Assembly (NCBI GenBank): GCA_026415435.1
Contig: JAOAHC010000040.1
Span: 137,456 to 201,455, forward strand
Reading direction: 5' to 3'
DNA from: Clostridia bacterium
GTDB lineage: Bacteria; Bacillota; Clostridia; TANB77; CAG-465
Length of the DNA stretch: 64,000 nucleotides
Made by a program: the position numbers and the translations under genes. Below the pieces are notes generated by a model. The model ran no database searches. It was not told the origin of the DNA and saw nothing but the letters and a program-made list of their open reading frames with translations. Positions 1 through 10,317 of this stretch are shown here, piece by piece. The first letter of the stretch is position 1. Each line of letters starts with the position of its first letter.

Positions 1-22
1 AATTACTACTTATACTTTTCAT
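1..22 (-). CDS. 5' end of a gene running off the left edge (MKSISSN...), product unknown
   Basis: ATG at 22-20 on the minus strand with AAGGAG at 34-29. Confidence 0.5.
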
Positions 23-67
23 AATAACTCTCCTTTAATATGTCAAGCAAATATACTACAGTAAATA

Positions 68-97
68 TTGACACAGATTAATTATTAATGATATAAT
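68..97 (+). promoter_or_regulatory. SigA-type promoter for the ORF at 147
   Basis: TTGACA (68-73), 18 bp spacer, TATAAT (92-97) with an extended TG. Confidence 0.65.
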
Positions 98-146
98 GTA
101 CAAAAATGATTTTTACTTTATATAATTATAGAAAGGTGGTATCATT

Positions 147-338
147 ATGTTTAACGACATCGATAAACGAAACCCAACCACAGATATCACTATAGTACCA
201 TTTTCATCTAGTGATCCCATAACAAACGAACTAACTAATCTCCTATCATATTTAGCTTATTATGTTGAATACGCTGATAATTATGAAGATTTAAGCAAGG
301 ATGGTATACTAAATGAGGATAAAAAAGTTGAAGATTAA
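147..338 (+). CDS. Small acidic hypothetical protein, 63 aa
   Basis: GAAAGGTGG RBS, its own promoter and a downstream terminator. Confidence 0.6.
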   Translation: MFNDIDKRNPTTDITIVPFSSSDPITNELTNLLSYLAYYVEYADNYEDLSKDGILNEDKKVED

Positions 339-342
339 ATAT

Positions 343-378
343 AAAAATCCAGTGCATGAATATTGCTACTGGATTTTT
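343..378. terminator. Bidirectional intrinsic terminator
   Basis: AAAAATCCAGT...ACTGGATTTTT inverted repeat between convergent genes. Confidence 0.8.
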
Positions 379-385
379 ATATTTT

Positions 386-1237
386 TTAAATTAATTCTAC
401 TATTGTAGCCATTGTACCATACTGCTCGATTCCTGATTTTCTTGTTCTTCTATATGAAAAAAATTTTTCCTCATTACAAACCGTACATATATTTGAAAGT
501 ATTATATTTTCATCTTGTACACCTATATTCATTAACTCTTTTTTTATAACATACGGAAAATCAACAAAATATTCTCCGTTAGACTTACTAATTATATATT
601 CATCTTCGTAAGGCCACAATTTTAAAAATTCTTCTTTCAACCTAGAATCTGAACTATTCCAACAACACTTATTTATTGAAGGTCCAATACAAACTATCAT
701 ATCAGAATATTTTGAATTAAATCTTTTATTCATAGCTTTTACTGCGTTTAAATAAATTTGTTTAACTGTGCCTCTCCAGCCACTATGTATATTTGATACT
801 ACATTTTTTATAGGATCATATATAATTATTGGATTACAATCAGCTGTAGTGACAAGTGTAGCTATATTTTTTTTATCTGTAATATATCCATCAATCTCAC
901 TTTGATTTTCTTTTTTGTACTCATATTCTGACATATTATCTAAATCTAAAATTAATACTTTATCTGTATGTGTTTGTTTGGCCATATATATATTACTTGG
1001 ATCTATTTTTAATTCACTGCAAATTATATCCAAATTTTTATATATATTTTCTTTTTTATCTCCTGTATTTAGTTTAAAATTAAGCGAACTATGTACTCCT
1101 TCGCTTACCCCACCATTTTTTAATGTACAGCAATGTTTTAGTTTATATTGGTACTTATTTAAAATATTAAATTGTAAATATTCAAGTTCACCGTTTTTTA
1201 TATGAGTTATATCTTTATTTGTAAAATTTACATTCAA
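386..1237 (-). CDS. pgeF: Peptidoglycan editing factor / purine nucleoside phosphorylase (YfiH/PgeF family)
   Basis: Motifs QTHT, TADCNP, HSGWRG, GPSI..CC and CTVC..FFSYR. Confidence 0.92.
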   Translation of the reverse strand: MNVNFTNKDITHIKNGELEYLQFNILNKYQYKLKHCCTLKNGGVSEGVHSSLNFKLNTGDKKENIYKNLDIICSELKIDPSNIYMAKQTHTDKVLILDLDNMSEYEYKKENQSEIDGYITDKKNIATLVTTADCNPIIIYDPIKNVVSNIHSGWRGTVKQIYLNAVKAMNKRFNSKYSDMIVCIGPSINKCCWNSSDSRLKEEFLKLWPYEDEYIISKSNGEYFVDFPYVIKKELMNIGVQDENIILSNICTVCNEEKFFSYRRTRKSGIEQYGTMATIVELI

Positions 1238-1249
1238 AATAAATACCTC

Positions 1250-4200
1250 CTAGTATACAGATATCTCCTTATTTAATTTTAAAGAATATATATACACTTT
1301 TTCTACTTTTTTATTTGTTAACTTTTCAAGTGCTTTTTTATACACATTTAGTTGTTCTTTATATCTTAAAATATATTCATTTTCTTCAGTAATATTATCT
1401 GTCTTAAAATCTAACAATACTATATTTGAGTTAATATTAATATAGTATAAGTCGATTATGCCTTGGATTATACTATCTGATATAGTTTTATCCTTAAGAA
1501 CAAACTTTGTTTCTTTAAATATATTTTCATCAGGAAGATTTCTTATTTCTTTACCTACATTTGAGTTTATAAAATTATATATACCTTGTACATCAATTTG
1601 TGATATGTCTTCGTGTTGTATATATTTTTTATTAAGCAATAATTGAATATAGTTTTCTACATCTCTTTTTGTATTAATAGTTTTAAAATCTAACTCCTTT
1701 AATATAAAATGCATTAAATTACCTTTTTTAGTAGCGTTATATTTTTTAGAATCTGTACTTAAACTACTAGGAACTTGAAGTTCAATTTTACTTTCTTCCT
1801 TATTTAAACTTTCATTTGCCATCTCTTTTAACTTACTTACACTTACACGAGTCTGTGTTCCAATTTCATCTTCATAAGTATATTTATATTTTATATTTTC
1901 AGTTAAATTTTTATACATTTCTTCTGTTTCTTTGATCATATTTTTGTCATCTTTAAACAAGTTATTTATATATAATATTTTGCTTTCTAAAGTATTTAAT
2001 TTATCATTTTTAACATTAAACATATTAATATCTTCCATGATATGACTGTAAAGCTGCGATTTTTCTTTAACATAAACATGATTTAATTTAAATAACTTTC
2101 TTACATATTCATCTTCAGATTTTTCAAAATAGGTTTTAAGTGCCATAATTATACTTGTAAAATAACTATTATTTTTACTTACTATATTAGCATCTACTTT
2201 ATCATTTTCATACATTAAAAATATATTTTCATACATCTTTTTATAATCATTTACTGTAGAATATATAATTAATTTTTCTTTTGCACGAGTAAGTGCTACA
2301 TAAAGCATTCTTAGCTCTTCAGATTTTACATCATTCATTATACTTGTTTTTATACTTTGCTTTATAACTGTAGGATAAGTAATTTTCATATCTTCATTTA
2401 CATAGTTTATTCCTATACCTAATTTGCTATCTAAAACTACATCTGTCCTAATATCCATATAATTATATTTACTGCTGGTATCTGCTAATATAACTACTGG
2501 AAATTCTAGGCCTTTAGATTTATGTATTGTCATTATTCTTACTACATTTTCATTTTCTCCAATAATTTTAGCAACAGATGTATCCGTTGTAGCTTTAGAT
2601 TTTAATTTATCAATATATGTAACATATGAATATATTGATCCACCACTTTGTTTTTCAAATTTGACTGCAAAATCAATAAGCATATCCAAATTCGCCTTAC
2701 ATTGCATCTCATTTTTCATCAAACTAAATTGGTTATATATACCTGTTTCTTTATATATTCTAGTTATAAGTTCTGAAATAGGATATCTTTTTGAATATTC
2801 TCTAAATCTTTGAATTAATAGTAGGAAGATATTTATTTTTTCAATAAATTCAAGCTTATCATCATTACTTGAAATAAGTAATGCATTATATAAATAATCA
2901 TTTTTAGCATATTCATGAATTATTGTAAGTTCATCTAAATTAAATTTGCCTATTATGCTGTACATTACAGATACAAGTTCGATATCTTGATATGGATTAT
3001 CTAATACTTTTAACATAGATATTACAAGTTTTATATCGTCACTATCAAATAGATTTGAACCCGCATCACAAAAAACAGGAATAAGATATTGCTTTAAGAT
3101 ATTATTTAATATATTTCCTTTATCCCTAATACTTCTCAGTAATATTATTATATCTTTGTATTTGATATCTCTAAAATTATTTCCATCAAACACTTTAAAT
3201 TTTTCAACATTAACTAATTCATTTATACGTTTTGCAATATATATAGATTCTATTTCAAATTTTTTAAGATCTTCTATATACTCTTTTGTAATATTAGACT
3301 CAGTTTGTAAAACATTATCATCAGCATATTCAGTGCTTTCATCTATTTCAACCTCTTTTAGGTCTAAAATATTTACTTCAGAAGAATAATCCTGATCCTC
3401 ACATTCTAAATACTTCTCTGCACCAAATATAAGTTTTTCGTTTTCAGAGTAATTTATTCCACCAAGTTTTTCACTCATTATTTGTGAAAAAATATAATTT
3501 ATGCTATCTACAACATTTTTTCTACTTCTGAAATTTTTAGCAAGTATTATCTTATATTTTTTAGAAATTTCTTCATCAAAATTATATTCATCATCAATTT
3601 CATTCAAACTTTCATATTCATTGTATTTACTACTAAATATCTCAGGCATAGCTTGTCTAAATCTGTATATACTTTGTTTTATATCTCCCACCATAAATCT
3701 ATTTTTAGAACCTGATACAGCTTCTAAAATGGTTTCTTGAATATAACTTGTATCTTGATATTCATCAGTATATACTTCAACAAATTTTTCTTGCATACTA
3801 AGTGCTACATCAGTTTGTTTTGAATCACTTATTAGTAATTTTAGTGCTAAATGTTCAATATCATTAAAATCAATTACATTTGCTTGTTTTTTCAAAATTG
3901 AATATTCACTATCAAATTTTTCTAAAAACTCGTAGAAATATTTTAAATATTTATAGGTTACTTTTAGTTCAATTAAAATATCTTTACTAATAGTGTATAC
4001 ATTGATTTTTATAGAATTTATTGTCTTTTTTATATATTCATCTCTAAATTTCTTTATATCTTCTTTAAGACTTTCGTTTTGAACTTTTATTCTAGGGAAA
4101 ATTGAAAATTTAACTAAACTTAAATTTTCAAAAAGTTCGTCCCAAGAATTTCTACTGCATTTTATGCATCTTTCCACCATTTCTAGATCTTCTTCTAACA

Positions 4201-4960
4201 TTTGAATACACTTTAAAAAATCTTCATCTTCCTTAGATTTAATATGTACAATGAAATTCTTTATTCTCTCGTATAGTATTCTTAGTTCACTAATAGAATT
4301 ATCATATATTTGCTTACCAAAATCAAAATTACATAAATCTAATCTTTCATTTTCAATATTATATTTTTCAATTTGAGATTTTAACCAACTAAAAGGATAA
4401 GGAAAACTTTGAATATATGAATATATTTTAAACATTGTATTAGTAAACTCTTCATCTTTTCCATTAAATAATTCTAGTATATTGTACAGAGCGTTAGATA
4501 TGTTTTCATTTAAATCTTCTTTTGAATTAACATACTCAGATTCTAAAATCTGACTCATAGCAGTATTTTTAAAAATATTACTTTGAACCTCATCACATAT
4601 TTTAATATTTGGATCTAGATCAAGTAAATAGAAATTTGAACGTATAAGTTCTAAACAAAAAGCATGAATAGTCATTATGCTCGCCCTATTTATATTAATA
4701 AGTTGCTTTTTTAAAAATATATTAGTCCTATCTTTTTGTATAGCTTTATATATTGCACTCAGCAATCTTTCTTTTAATTCAGAAGCAGCAGCATTTGTAA
4801 AAGTAACTACTAAAATTCTATCAATATCTACTCCTTCATTTATTATTTTATTTATAATTCGCTCTACCAAAACAGCAGTTTTTCCGCTCCCTGCGGAAGC
4901 GGAAACTAAAATATTACCATTTTTCTTTTTTATTGCAAGTTGTTGTTCATTTGTCCACAT
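1250..4960 (-). CDS. addA: ATP-dependent helicase/nuclease subunit A
   Basis: SASAGSGKTAVLVERI, VTFTNAAASE, DEYQDT, MTIHKSKGLEF, ELRMLYVALTRAKE and a C-terminal QGIIDL..DFKT nuclease. ATG at 4960 follows an AGGTG RBS; the ORF track starts at 4969. Confidence 0.95.
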   Translation of the reverse strand: MWTNEQQLAIKKKNGNILVSASAGSGKTAVLVERIINKIINEGVDIDRILVVTFTNAAASELKERLLSAIYKAIQKDRTNIFLKKQLININRASIMTIHAFCLELIRSNFYLLDLDPNIKICDEVQSNIFKNTAMSQILESEYVNSKEDLNENISNALYNILELFNGKDEEFTNTMFKIYSYIQSFPYPFSWLKSQIEKYNIENERLDLCNFDFGKQIYDNSISELRILYERIKNFIVHIKSKEDEDFLKCIQMLEEDLEMVERCIKCSRNSWDELFENLSLVKFSIFPRIKVQNESLKEDIKKFRDEYIKKTINSIKINVYTISKDILIELKVTYKYLKYFYEFLEKFDSEYSILKKQANVIDFNDIEHLALKLLISDSKQTDVALSMQEKFVEVYTDEYQDTSYIQETILEAVSGSKNRFMVGDIKQSIYRFRQAMPEIFSSKYNEYESLNEIDDEYNFDEEISKKYKIILAKNFRSRKNVVDSINYIFSQIMSEKLGGINYSENEKLIFGAEKYLECEDQDYSSEVNILDLKEVEIDESTEYADDNVLQTESNITKEYIEDLKKFEIESIYIAKRINELVNVEKFKVFDGNNFRDIKYKDIIILLRSIRDKGNILNNILKQYLIPVFCDAGSNLFDSDDIKLVISMLKVLDNPYQDIELVSVMYSIIGKFNLDELTIIHEYAKNDYLYNALLISSNDDKLEFIEKINIFLLLIQRFREYSKRYPISELITRIYKETGIYNQFSLMKNEMQCKANLDMLIDFAVKFEKQSGGSIYSYVTYIDKLKSKATTDTSVAKIIGENENVVRIMTIHKSKGLEFPVVILADTSSKYNYMDIRTDVVLDSKLGIGINYVNEDMKITYPTVIKQSIKTSIMNDVKSEELRMLYVALTRAKEKLIIYSTVNDYKKMYENIFLMYENDKVDANIVSKNNSYFTSIIMALKTYFEKSEDEYVRKLFKLNHVYVKEKSQLYSHIMEDINMFNVKNDKLNTLESKILYINNLFKDDKNMIKETEEMYKNLTENIKYKYTYEDEIGTQTRVSVSKLKEMANESLNKEESKIELQVPSSLSTDSKKYNATKKGNLMHFILKELDFKTINTKRDVENYIQLLLNKKYIQHEDISQIDVQGIYNFINSNVGKEIRNLPDENIFKETKFVLKDKTISDSIIQGIIDLYYININSNIVLLDFKTDNITEENEYILRYKEQLNVYKKALEKLTNKKVEKVYIYSLKLNKEISVY

Positions 4961-4977
4961 ATATTTCACCTGCCATA

Positions 4978-7641
4978 TTATAAAGTTTCACCTACTACTA
5001 AAACCGGTCTAAAACTTAAATAGTTAAATGCTGCTCCTGATGAAGCTCCAAAAGTAAATATTCCCGATGCACTAGTTAGATCGTATCCTCCACCTCTTAT
5101 GAAGAATGGAGTATTTGTATATGGTATTGTAGTTTGATCTAAATACCAAGCTGAATCACTTGCAGATCCGTCCTGAGAAGTTTCATAAATAGCGTCTCCT
5201 TTTTTATTTATAGTACCAACATAATTATTTGTATAGTCATCAGTTGTACCTTTATCATAAATATCCTTGTACTTTACATCCGCATTTACAAGATTACTAC
5301 CGTTATTATTTAAATTTGCATTTTGATTATTTATATATGCTGCTGTACACTCCCATGCACCACCACTCATATCATATATTCCATATATATTTCCAGTAGT
5401 AGAAGCATTTATTCCATTTGTTACATCTGTATATGCATAAGTAGTAATGGTGGAAGATGCACTTACAGTAGTACCCGCATTACCTGTTAAATAGTTACTG
5501 TTTGGATTTATCCACACTTCAGCATTTTTACCATATTTACTTTGAGCAAGATAACTTACAGCTCCCCATTCTGTATTCTTCATAAGATGGGTATCTATTC
5601 CTTGACCAGTAGTTCCCCAGCCATACTTGTTATTTGTTTCCATATTTCTACTTGCTGTAAACATTTGAGAAACACTTAAATTTCTTAGTGAACTCACACC
5701 TGGTTTTATATCTAAAGAATCTACAGTTCCACTTACTTCAAACTTTGCTACCCAAATACCAGTAAGTTCTACACTACCAAATTTGAATGCTGGATGTGAT
5801 GTCCATTTATTATTTGATGCATTAGAAGAAGTTCCTACATCTATACTTGAAATAATACTACTATTCCAATTATCATTAGTTCCTTGACTAAATTGCACGT
5901 CTACAACTCCACCTTGTGAAGAATTAGTATGCCACAAACTTGAAATCTTATATATATATCTTGGTATCCAAACCCACATCGATCCATCGGCACTTTGTGC
6001 GTTTGCCCATACTTTATTTTTATAATCATACCATGAAGTATCTGTACTTGGACTTGCTACAGTATCCCAAGCACTTGTAGTTGTGTTCCACTTCTTAGCC
6101 GTAAGACCAGAAACTAATACTGGTGTATTTGAAACTTCATAATCACTTAGATTTTCATTTATTACGAAGATTTTTGTCTCTATCTTTCTTAGTGCAACTG
6201 TACTATTATTATCTGTAACCTCGATTTTATAGTATATTTTACTAGCGTTTACATTATCATAATTTATCTGTCTTGATGTTGTAAGAGAATCTGAATTTAC
6301 AGAAATTATTTGTTCATTTATGTATGTTAAACCATCTAAACTATATGATGATTTTATTTGACTTACTCCTCTTGTACTATATACATTAGTAGTTGAATTA
6401 AATTTTTCTTTTGTTGCACTATTTATGATATTTGATATATTAATAATAGGCTGTACACGAACTCCTTGTAAAATATAGTTGCCTGCCTTGTCAAATACCG
6501 CAATAGAAACCTGATTTACGTTTTTAGGAATGTTAATACTTACAGTATTTGATTCTATATTCTTTAAAACTTTACTTTTTTGTTTCATATATTCAATATC
6601 AAAACTGCTAATATCTTTATAGTAGTTTTGTTCTGTACCATTATCATCTATTCTAGTTAGATAATCATATCTTATCTGATTTACACCACTAGCATTATCA
6701 GCAATATCAAATGTTACAACATTCATATTTGTGTAGCTAGAAGTTAATATATTTGTAACATCTGGATGAGTAAGATCAAGTTTAGTTAGATCTATCCTTA
6801 CCTTACCAATATCACTACTATCTTTTTTCTTTATTATATCCATATACTTTTTATTTTCTAATATATCTGTTATAGCAAATGTAGCAGTATCAGTTAAAAT
6901 ACTATTTGGTGCAAATAAATCAGTTACATTAAAACTTTTTTCATATTCTCCACTTGATGTAATCATTTGTTTTTGAACACCATCAGATATAGATATATAC
7001 ATTGTTTCGTTTGAATCCAAAGTAGTTTTTACTATAAGTGACATTTTACTTGTCCAATCTTTTTGTTTTGTTACATTAATGCCTGAAGAAGAAATGACTT
7101 CGGTTTGTGAACCATCAGGTATACCAAGATTTTGATCTACTTTAACAATATTAGATATTTTAGGACTTATTGAAAAGTATACTGTTGATTTTGCATAAAA
7201 TCCTTTTAGATAATATACGTTCATAGATGGATATGCAATAACAAAAACATCATCTTGACCATCTGTGCCCCTACCGTAAGAAGTACTTTGTACATTTATT
7301 TTACTTAAATCTATTTTGTAATATTCATTCACACTACCATCATTGTTTTGATCAACTTCTGATAAAAATTCACTTTCTACATTATCAGCAACTAATCCAA
7401 TGACTTGATTTTTTGTAAGTGGTTCACTATTTTCATCTGATGTTGGAAACTTTCCATTTGAAATATAGTAAGCTTCACTTGCATCCTCCACTTGTTTTAT
7501 ACTCTCCGCCATTTTAGTTATTGTAGCGTTATCAATAGAATTCTTAGTTGAAATTACCGTTACTGATATTAGTATTAAAGCTACAACTATTGTTATCATT
7601 AGAACTATAAATGAGATACCTTTTTTATTCATAATTTTCAT
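4978..7641 (-). CDS. Prepilin-type N-terminus protein with Ig-like region and C-terminal CLec/FGE-like domain, 887 aa
   Basis: KKG|ISFIVLMITIVVALIL; WANAQSADGSMWVWIPRY; WVAKFE; GIYDMSGGAWE; RGG...SFRPVL at the C-terminus. Confidence 0.75.
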   Translation of the reverse strand: MKIMNKKGISFIVLMITIVVALILISVTVISTKNSIDNATITKMAESIKQVEDASEAYYISNGKFPTSDENSEPLTKNQVIGLVADNVESEFLSEVDQNNDGSVNEYYKIDLSKINVQSTSYGRGTDGQDDVFVIAYPSMNVYYLKGFYAKSTVYFSISPKISNIVKVDQNLGIPDGSQTEVISSSGINVTKQKDWTSKMSLIVKTTLDSNETMYISISDGVQKQMITSSGEYEKSFNVTDLFAPNSILTDTATFAITDILENKKYMDIIKKKDSSDIGKVRIDLTKLDLTHPDVTNILTSSYTNMNVVTFDIADNASGVNQIRYDYLTRIDDNGTEQNYYKDISSFDIEYMKQKSKVLKNIESNTVSINIPKNVNQVSIAVFDKAGNYILQGVRVQPIINISNIINSATKEKFNSTTNVYSTRGVSQIKSSYSLDGLTYINEQIISVNSDSLTTSRQINYDNVNASKIYYKIEVTDNNSTVALRKIETKIFVINENLSDYEVSNTPVLVSGLTAKKWNTTTSAWDTVASPSTDTSWYDYKNKVWANAQSADGSMWVWIPRYIYKISSLWHTNSSQGGVVDVQFSQGTNDNWNSSIISSIDVGTSSNASNNKWTSHPAFKFGSVELTGIWVAKFEVSGTVDSLDIKPGVSSLRNLSVSQMFTASRNMETNNKYGWGTTGQGIDTHLMKNTEWGAVSYLAQSKYGKNAEVWINPNSNYLTGNAGTTVSASSTITTYAYTDVTNGINASTTGNIYGIYDMSGGAWECTAAYINNQNANLNNNGSNLVNADVKYKDIYDKGTTDDYTNNYVGTINKKGDAIYETSQDGSASDSAWYLDQTTIPYTNTPFFIRGGGYDLTSASGIFTFGASSGAAFNYLSFRPVLVVGETL

Positions 7642-7672
7642 CCTTTTCCTAAATCATCTTTTGATTATTTTC

Positions 7673-8947
7673 TTAATACACCTCAAAACCATCTATTTTT
7701 GTCCAGTTTCCGGAATTATCACTTATTAATACAGAAATACTTTTTATATTTTTAGGTAAATCTATACTATATACACCTTCGGAAATATAACTTGCAACTT
7801 TCCCATACTCGTTTAAATATTCTTTATCCAAACTAGATACATTATTATAGTATGGTAATTCTCCCGAACCAGATTCGTTTGATTTAGTTAAATAATCATA
7901 CTTAATACTTTTTATATTACTGCTATCATCCGAAACTATAAATTTTACTGTGTTTTTATCACTACTACTAACAATATCAGAATCACTTAAAACTGGAGGA
8001 GTATTATCATAGTTTACCAAATCAGATTTTATAGTCTGTTTAGTTATCCCACCATTTTTTATAATTATGGTAATATATCTTTTTGTGTATTCTACATTAT
8101 TAAATGCAGCAATTTCTTCACTAGTAAATGGAGAAATAAGTATATCATTTCCTTGACTATCTTTATTATCACTAAGTAAACTAGACAAATTGAAATTTCT
8201 TATATTATTTCCTTCTTGCATACCAAATACTTCTTTTTCTGTCTGCACACCACTAAGCATTATATATACTTTCTCTGAAGAAACCAAACTTGCTTCAAAC
8301 TTAATAGGCATAGTATTTGTCCAACTATTAGCCAATTTTAAAATTGACAAATTGGCAGTTTTGTTTTGTATATTTTGATTATTTTCTATCTTTACACTTT
8401 GAGCTATATTTAACTTATTACTAAGTGAAAAATACACATTATTTTGTACGTTTAATCCCAATAAATAGTATACTTTCATAGATGGATATGATACTACATA
8501 TACATCATTTTGTCCTAGTGTTTTTGCACCTGCAACAGTAGTTTTAATATTAATTTTACCTAAATCTATTTCATAAAAAGTTCCTAAATTTGAATCATCA
8601 TAATAATCTCCATTTGAAGATAACTCATAAATAAAATTATTTCTATATCTTGAATCAACCATATTTGTAACTTGCGATTGATTTAAACTACTACTTGATG
8701 AATCAGGAACAGGAAAAGTACCATGATTTATATAAAATTCGTTAGTTAAATCTTGTATTTTTGAAAGATCCGTAGCAAAACTTGTTAAAGTAGCTTGGGC
8801 TATACTTGATCTTGTTTGAATTATAGCTGCTGTTATGAGGATAATTGCAGCTATTATTGTAATTATTAAAACTACAAGTGAAACTCCTTTTTTTGAGTTT
8901 TTGATGTTTATATTAAAATCTATATATCTAAAATTAACTATTCTCAC
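7673..8947 (-). CDS. Prepilin-type N-terminus protein, 424 aa, paralog of the N-terminal half of 4978..7641
   Basis: KKG|VSLVVLIITIIAAIIL; shares Y.IDL.KIN, GQ.DV.V..YPSM.VYYL and I.YDYLT with its neighbour. Confidence 0.75.
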   Translation of the reverse strand: MRIVNFRYIDFNINIKNSKKGVSLVVLIITIIAAIILITAAIIQTRSSIAQATLTSFATDLSKIQDLTNEFYINHGTFPVPDSSSSSLNQSQVTNMVDSRYRNNFIYELSSNGDYYDDSNLGTFYEIDLGKINIKTTVAGAKTLGQNDVYVVSYPSMKVYYLLGLNVQNNVYFSLSNKLNIAQSVKIENNQNIQNKTANLSILKLANSWTNTMPIKFEASLVSSEKVYIMLSGVQTEKEVFGMQEGNNIRNFNLSSLLSDNKDSQGNDILISPFTSEEIAAFNNVEYTKRYITIIIKNGGITKQTIKSDLVNYDNTPPVLSDSDIVSSSDKNTVKFIVSDDSSNIKSIKYDYLTKSNESGSGELPYYNNVSSLDKEYLNEYGKVASYISEGVYSIDLPKNIKSISVLISDNSGNWTKIDGFEVY

Positions 8948-9097
8948 TTGCTTTCACCTTACGTATATTTTACATATTTTAATAACTTTTTTCAACCTTT
9001 TTTTATAATATTATTTAATTTTATTAATATTTGCCATATTTAAATAATTAATTGATATTTCAGATATATTTTGATATAATTAATACGGTGAATAAAA

Positions 9098-9598
9098 TTG
9101 CAACAAATAAAAGAAGTTTTAAATCAATTCTTGTTAAATAATACTCAAGAAAATGTAGATCTTGTATCACATAATACAAATGATACAATTAATATAGCTA
9201 AATCAATAGCTGAAATTCTAAATGATAACATATATACCATATCGCTTGATGGTGAACTTGGAGCTGGAAAAACTGTATTTGTAACAGGTTTTGCTGAATA
9301 TTATAATATTCAAAATGATATTTCAAGTCCTACTTTTACTATTGTAAATGAGTATTATGTAAATTTAAATAATAAAAAAATAAATATATATCACTTTGAT
9401 GTGTATAGAATACAAAACGAAACTGATTTTTTAGAAAGTATTGGAGACGAATATTTTTCAAATGGTATTTGTATCGTTGAATGGGGTAAAAACATACAAA
9501 AAATACTTCCAGTTAACACTTTGTTTATTACAATAAAAAAAGATGAAAATGATGAAAATATAAGATATATAAATATTAGTAGGAGGACACAAAAATGA
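9098..9598 (+). CDS. tsaE: tRNA t6A biosynthesis ATPase
   Basis: LDGELGAGKT, SSPTFTIVNEY, HFDVYR, VEWG. Confidence 0.95.
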   Translation: MQQIKEVLNQFLLNNTQENVDLVSHNTNDTINIAKSIAEILNDNIYTISLDGELGAGKTVFVTGFAEYYNIQNDISSPTFTIVNEYYVNLNNKKINIYHFDVYRIQNETDFLESIGDEYFSNGICIVEWGKNIQKILPVNTLFITIKKDENDENIRYINISRRTQK

Positions 9599-10317
9599 AT
9601 GTATTAGCAGTTGATACTTCAACTAAAAGAGCTTGTGTAGCTGTTCAAAACAGTTATGATATTATCTCAAAAGATATTCTAAATGAAATAACACATTCTG
9701 AAAAGCTTCTTCCATTAGTAGATGAAGTACTTACAAAATCTAATCTGAATTTAAAAAATATTGACTTATACTGTGTAACAAATGGTCCTGGTTCGTTTAC
9801 AGGAATAAGAATAGGTCTTGCAACTATAAAAGCTATGGCTCACGTAAATAAAAAAAATATTTTTTGTATTAGTTCTCTCCTACTACTTGCATATATGGAA
9901 TATGAAAAAAGAGAAAATAGAAACATTAGAGAAATGTACATATGTCCTCTAATGGATGCTAGAAACAATAGAGTATACTACTCTTTATACAAGATAAGCG
10001 CTAATGAAAACGGTACAATAAATATAGAAACATTACTTGAACCATCTAATGATTATATTTATGATGCAGTAAAAAACATATCTAAACTTAATGTTAATTG
10101 TATATATACTGGTGATTGTTTGCAAAATTTTAAAGAATACATAAATTTAGATAATGTAGACAAGAGCCAAGTAATTTATCCTGATGCAAGCTATATTATT
10201 AAATTATATAATAACCTTGAAAATACAAACGATTATATACGTAACTACTTAGAATTAGATGCACTTTATGCAAGGGTTTCTCAAGCAGAAAGAGAGTCAG
10301 AAAATGCAAATAAATAA
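9595..10317 (+). CDS. tsaB: tRNA t6A biosynthesis protein
   Basis: LAVDTST, HSEKLLP, GPGSFTGIRIG, DAR. Confidence 0.95.
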   Translation: MNVLAVDTSTKRACVAVQNSYDIISKDILNEITHSEKLLPLVDEVLTKSNLNLKNIDLYCVTNGPGSFTGIRIGLATIKAMAHVNKKNIFCISSLLLLAYMEYEKRENRNIREMYICPLMDARNNRVYYSLYKISANENGTINIETLLEPSNDYIYDAVKNISKLNVNCIYTGDCLQNFKEYINLDNVDKSQVIYPDASYIIKLYNNLENTNDYIRNYLELDALYARVSQAERESENANK

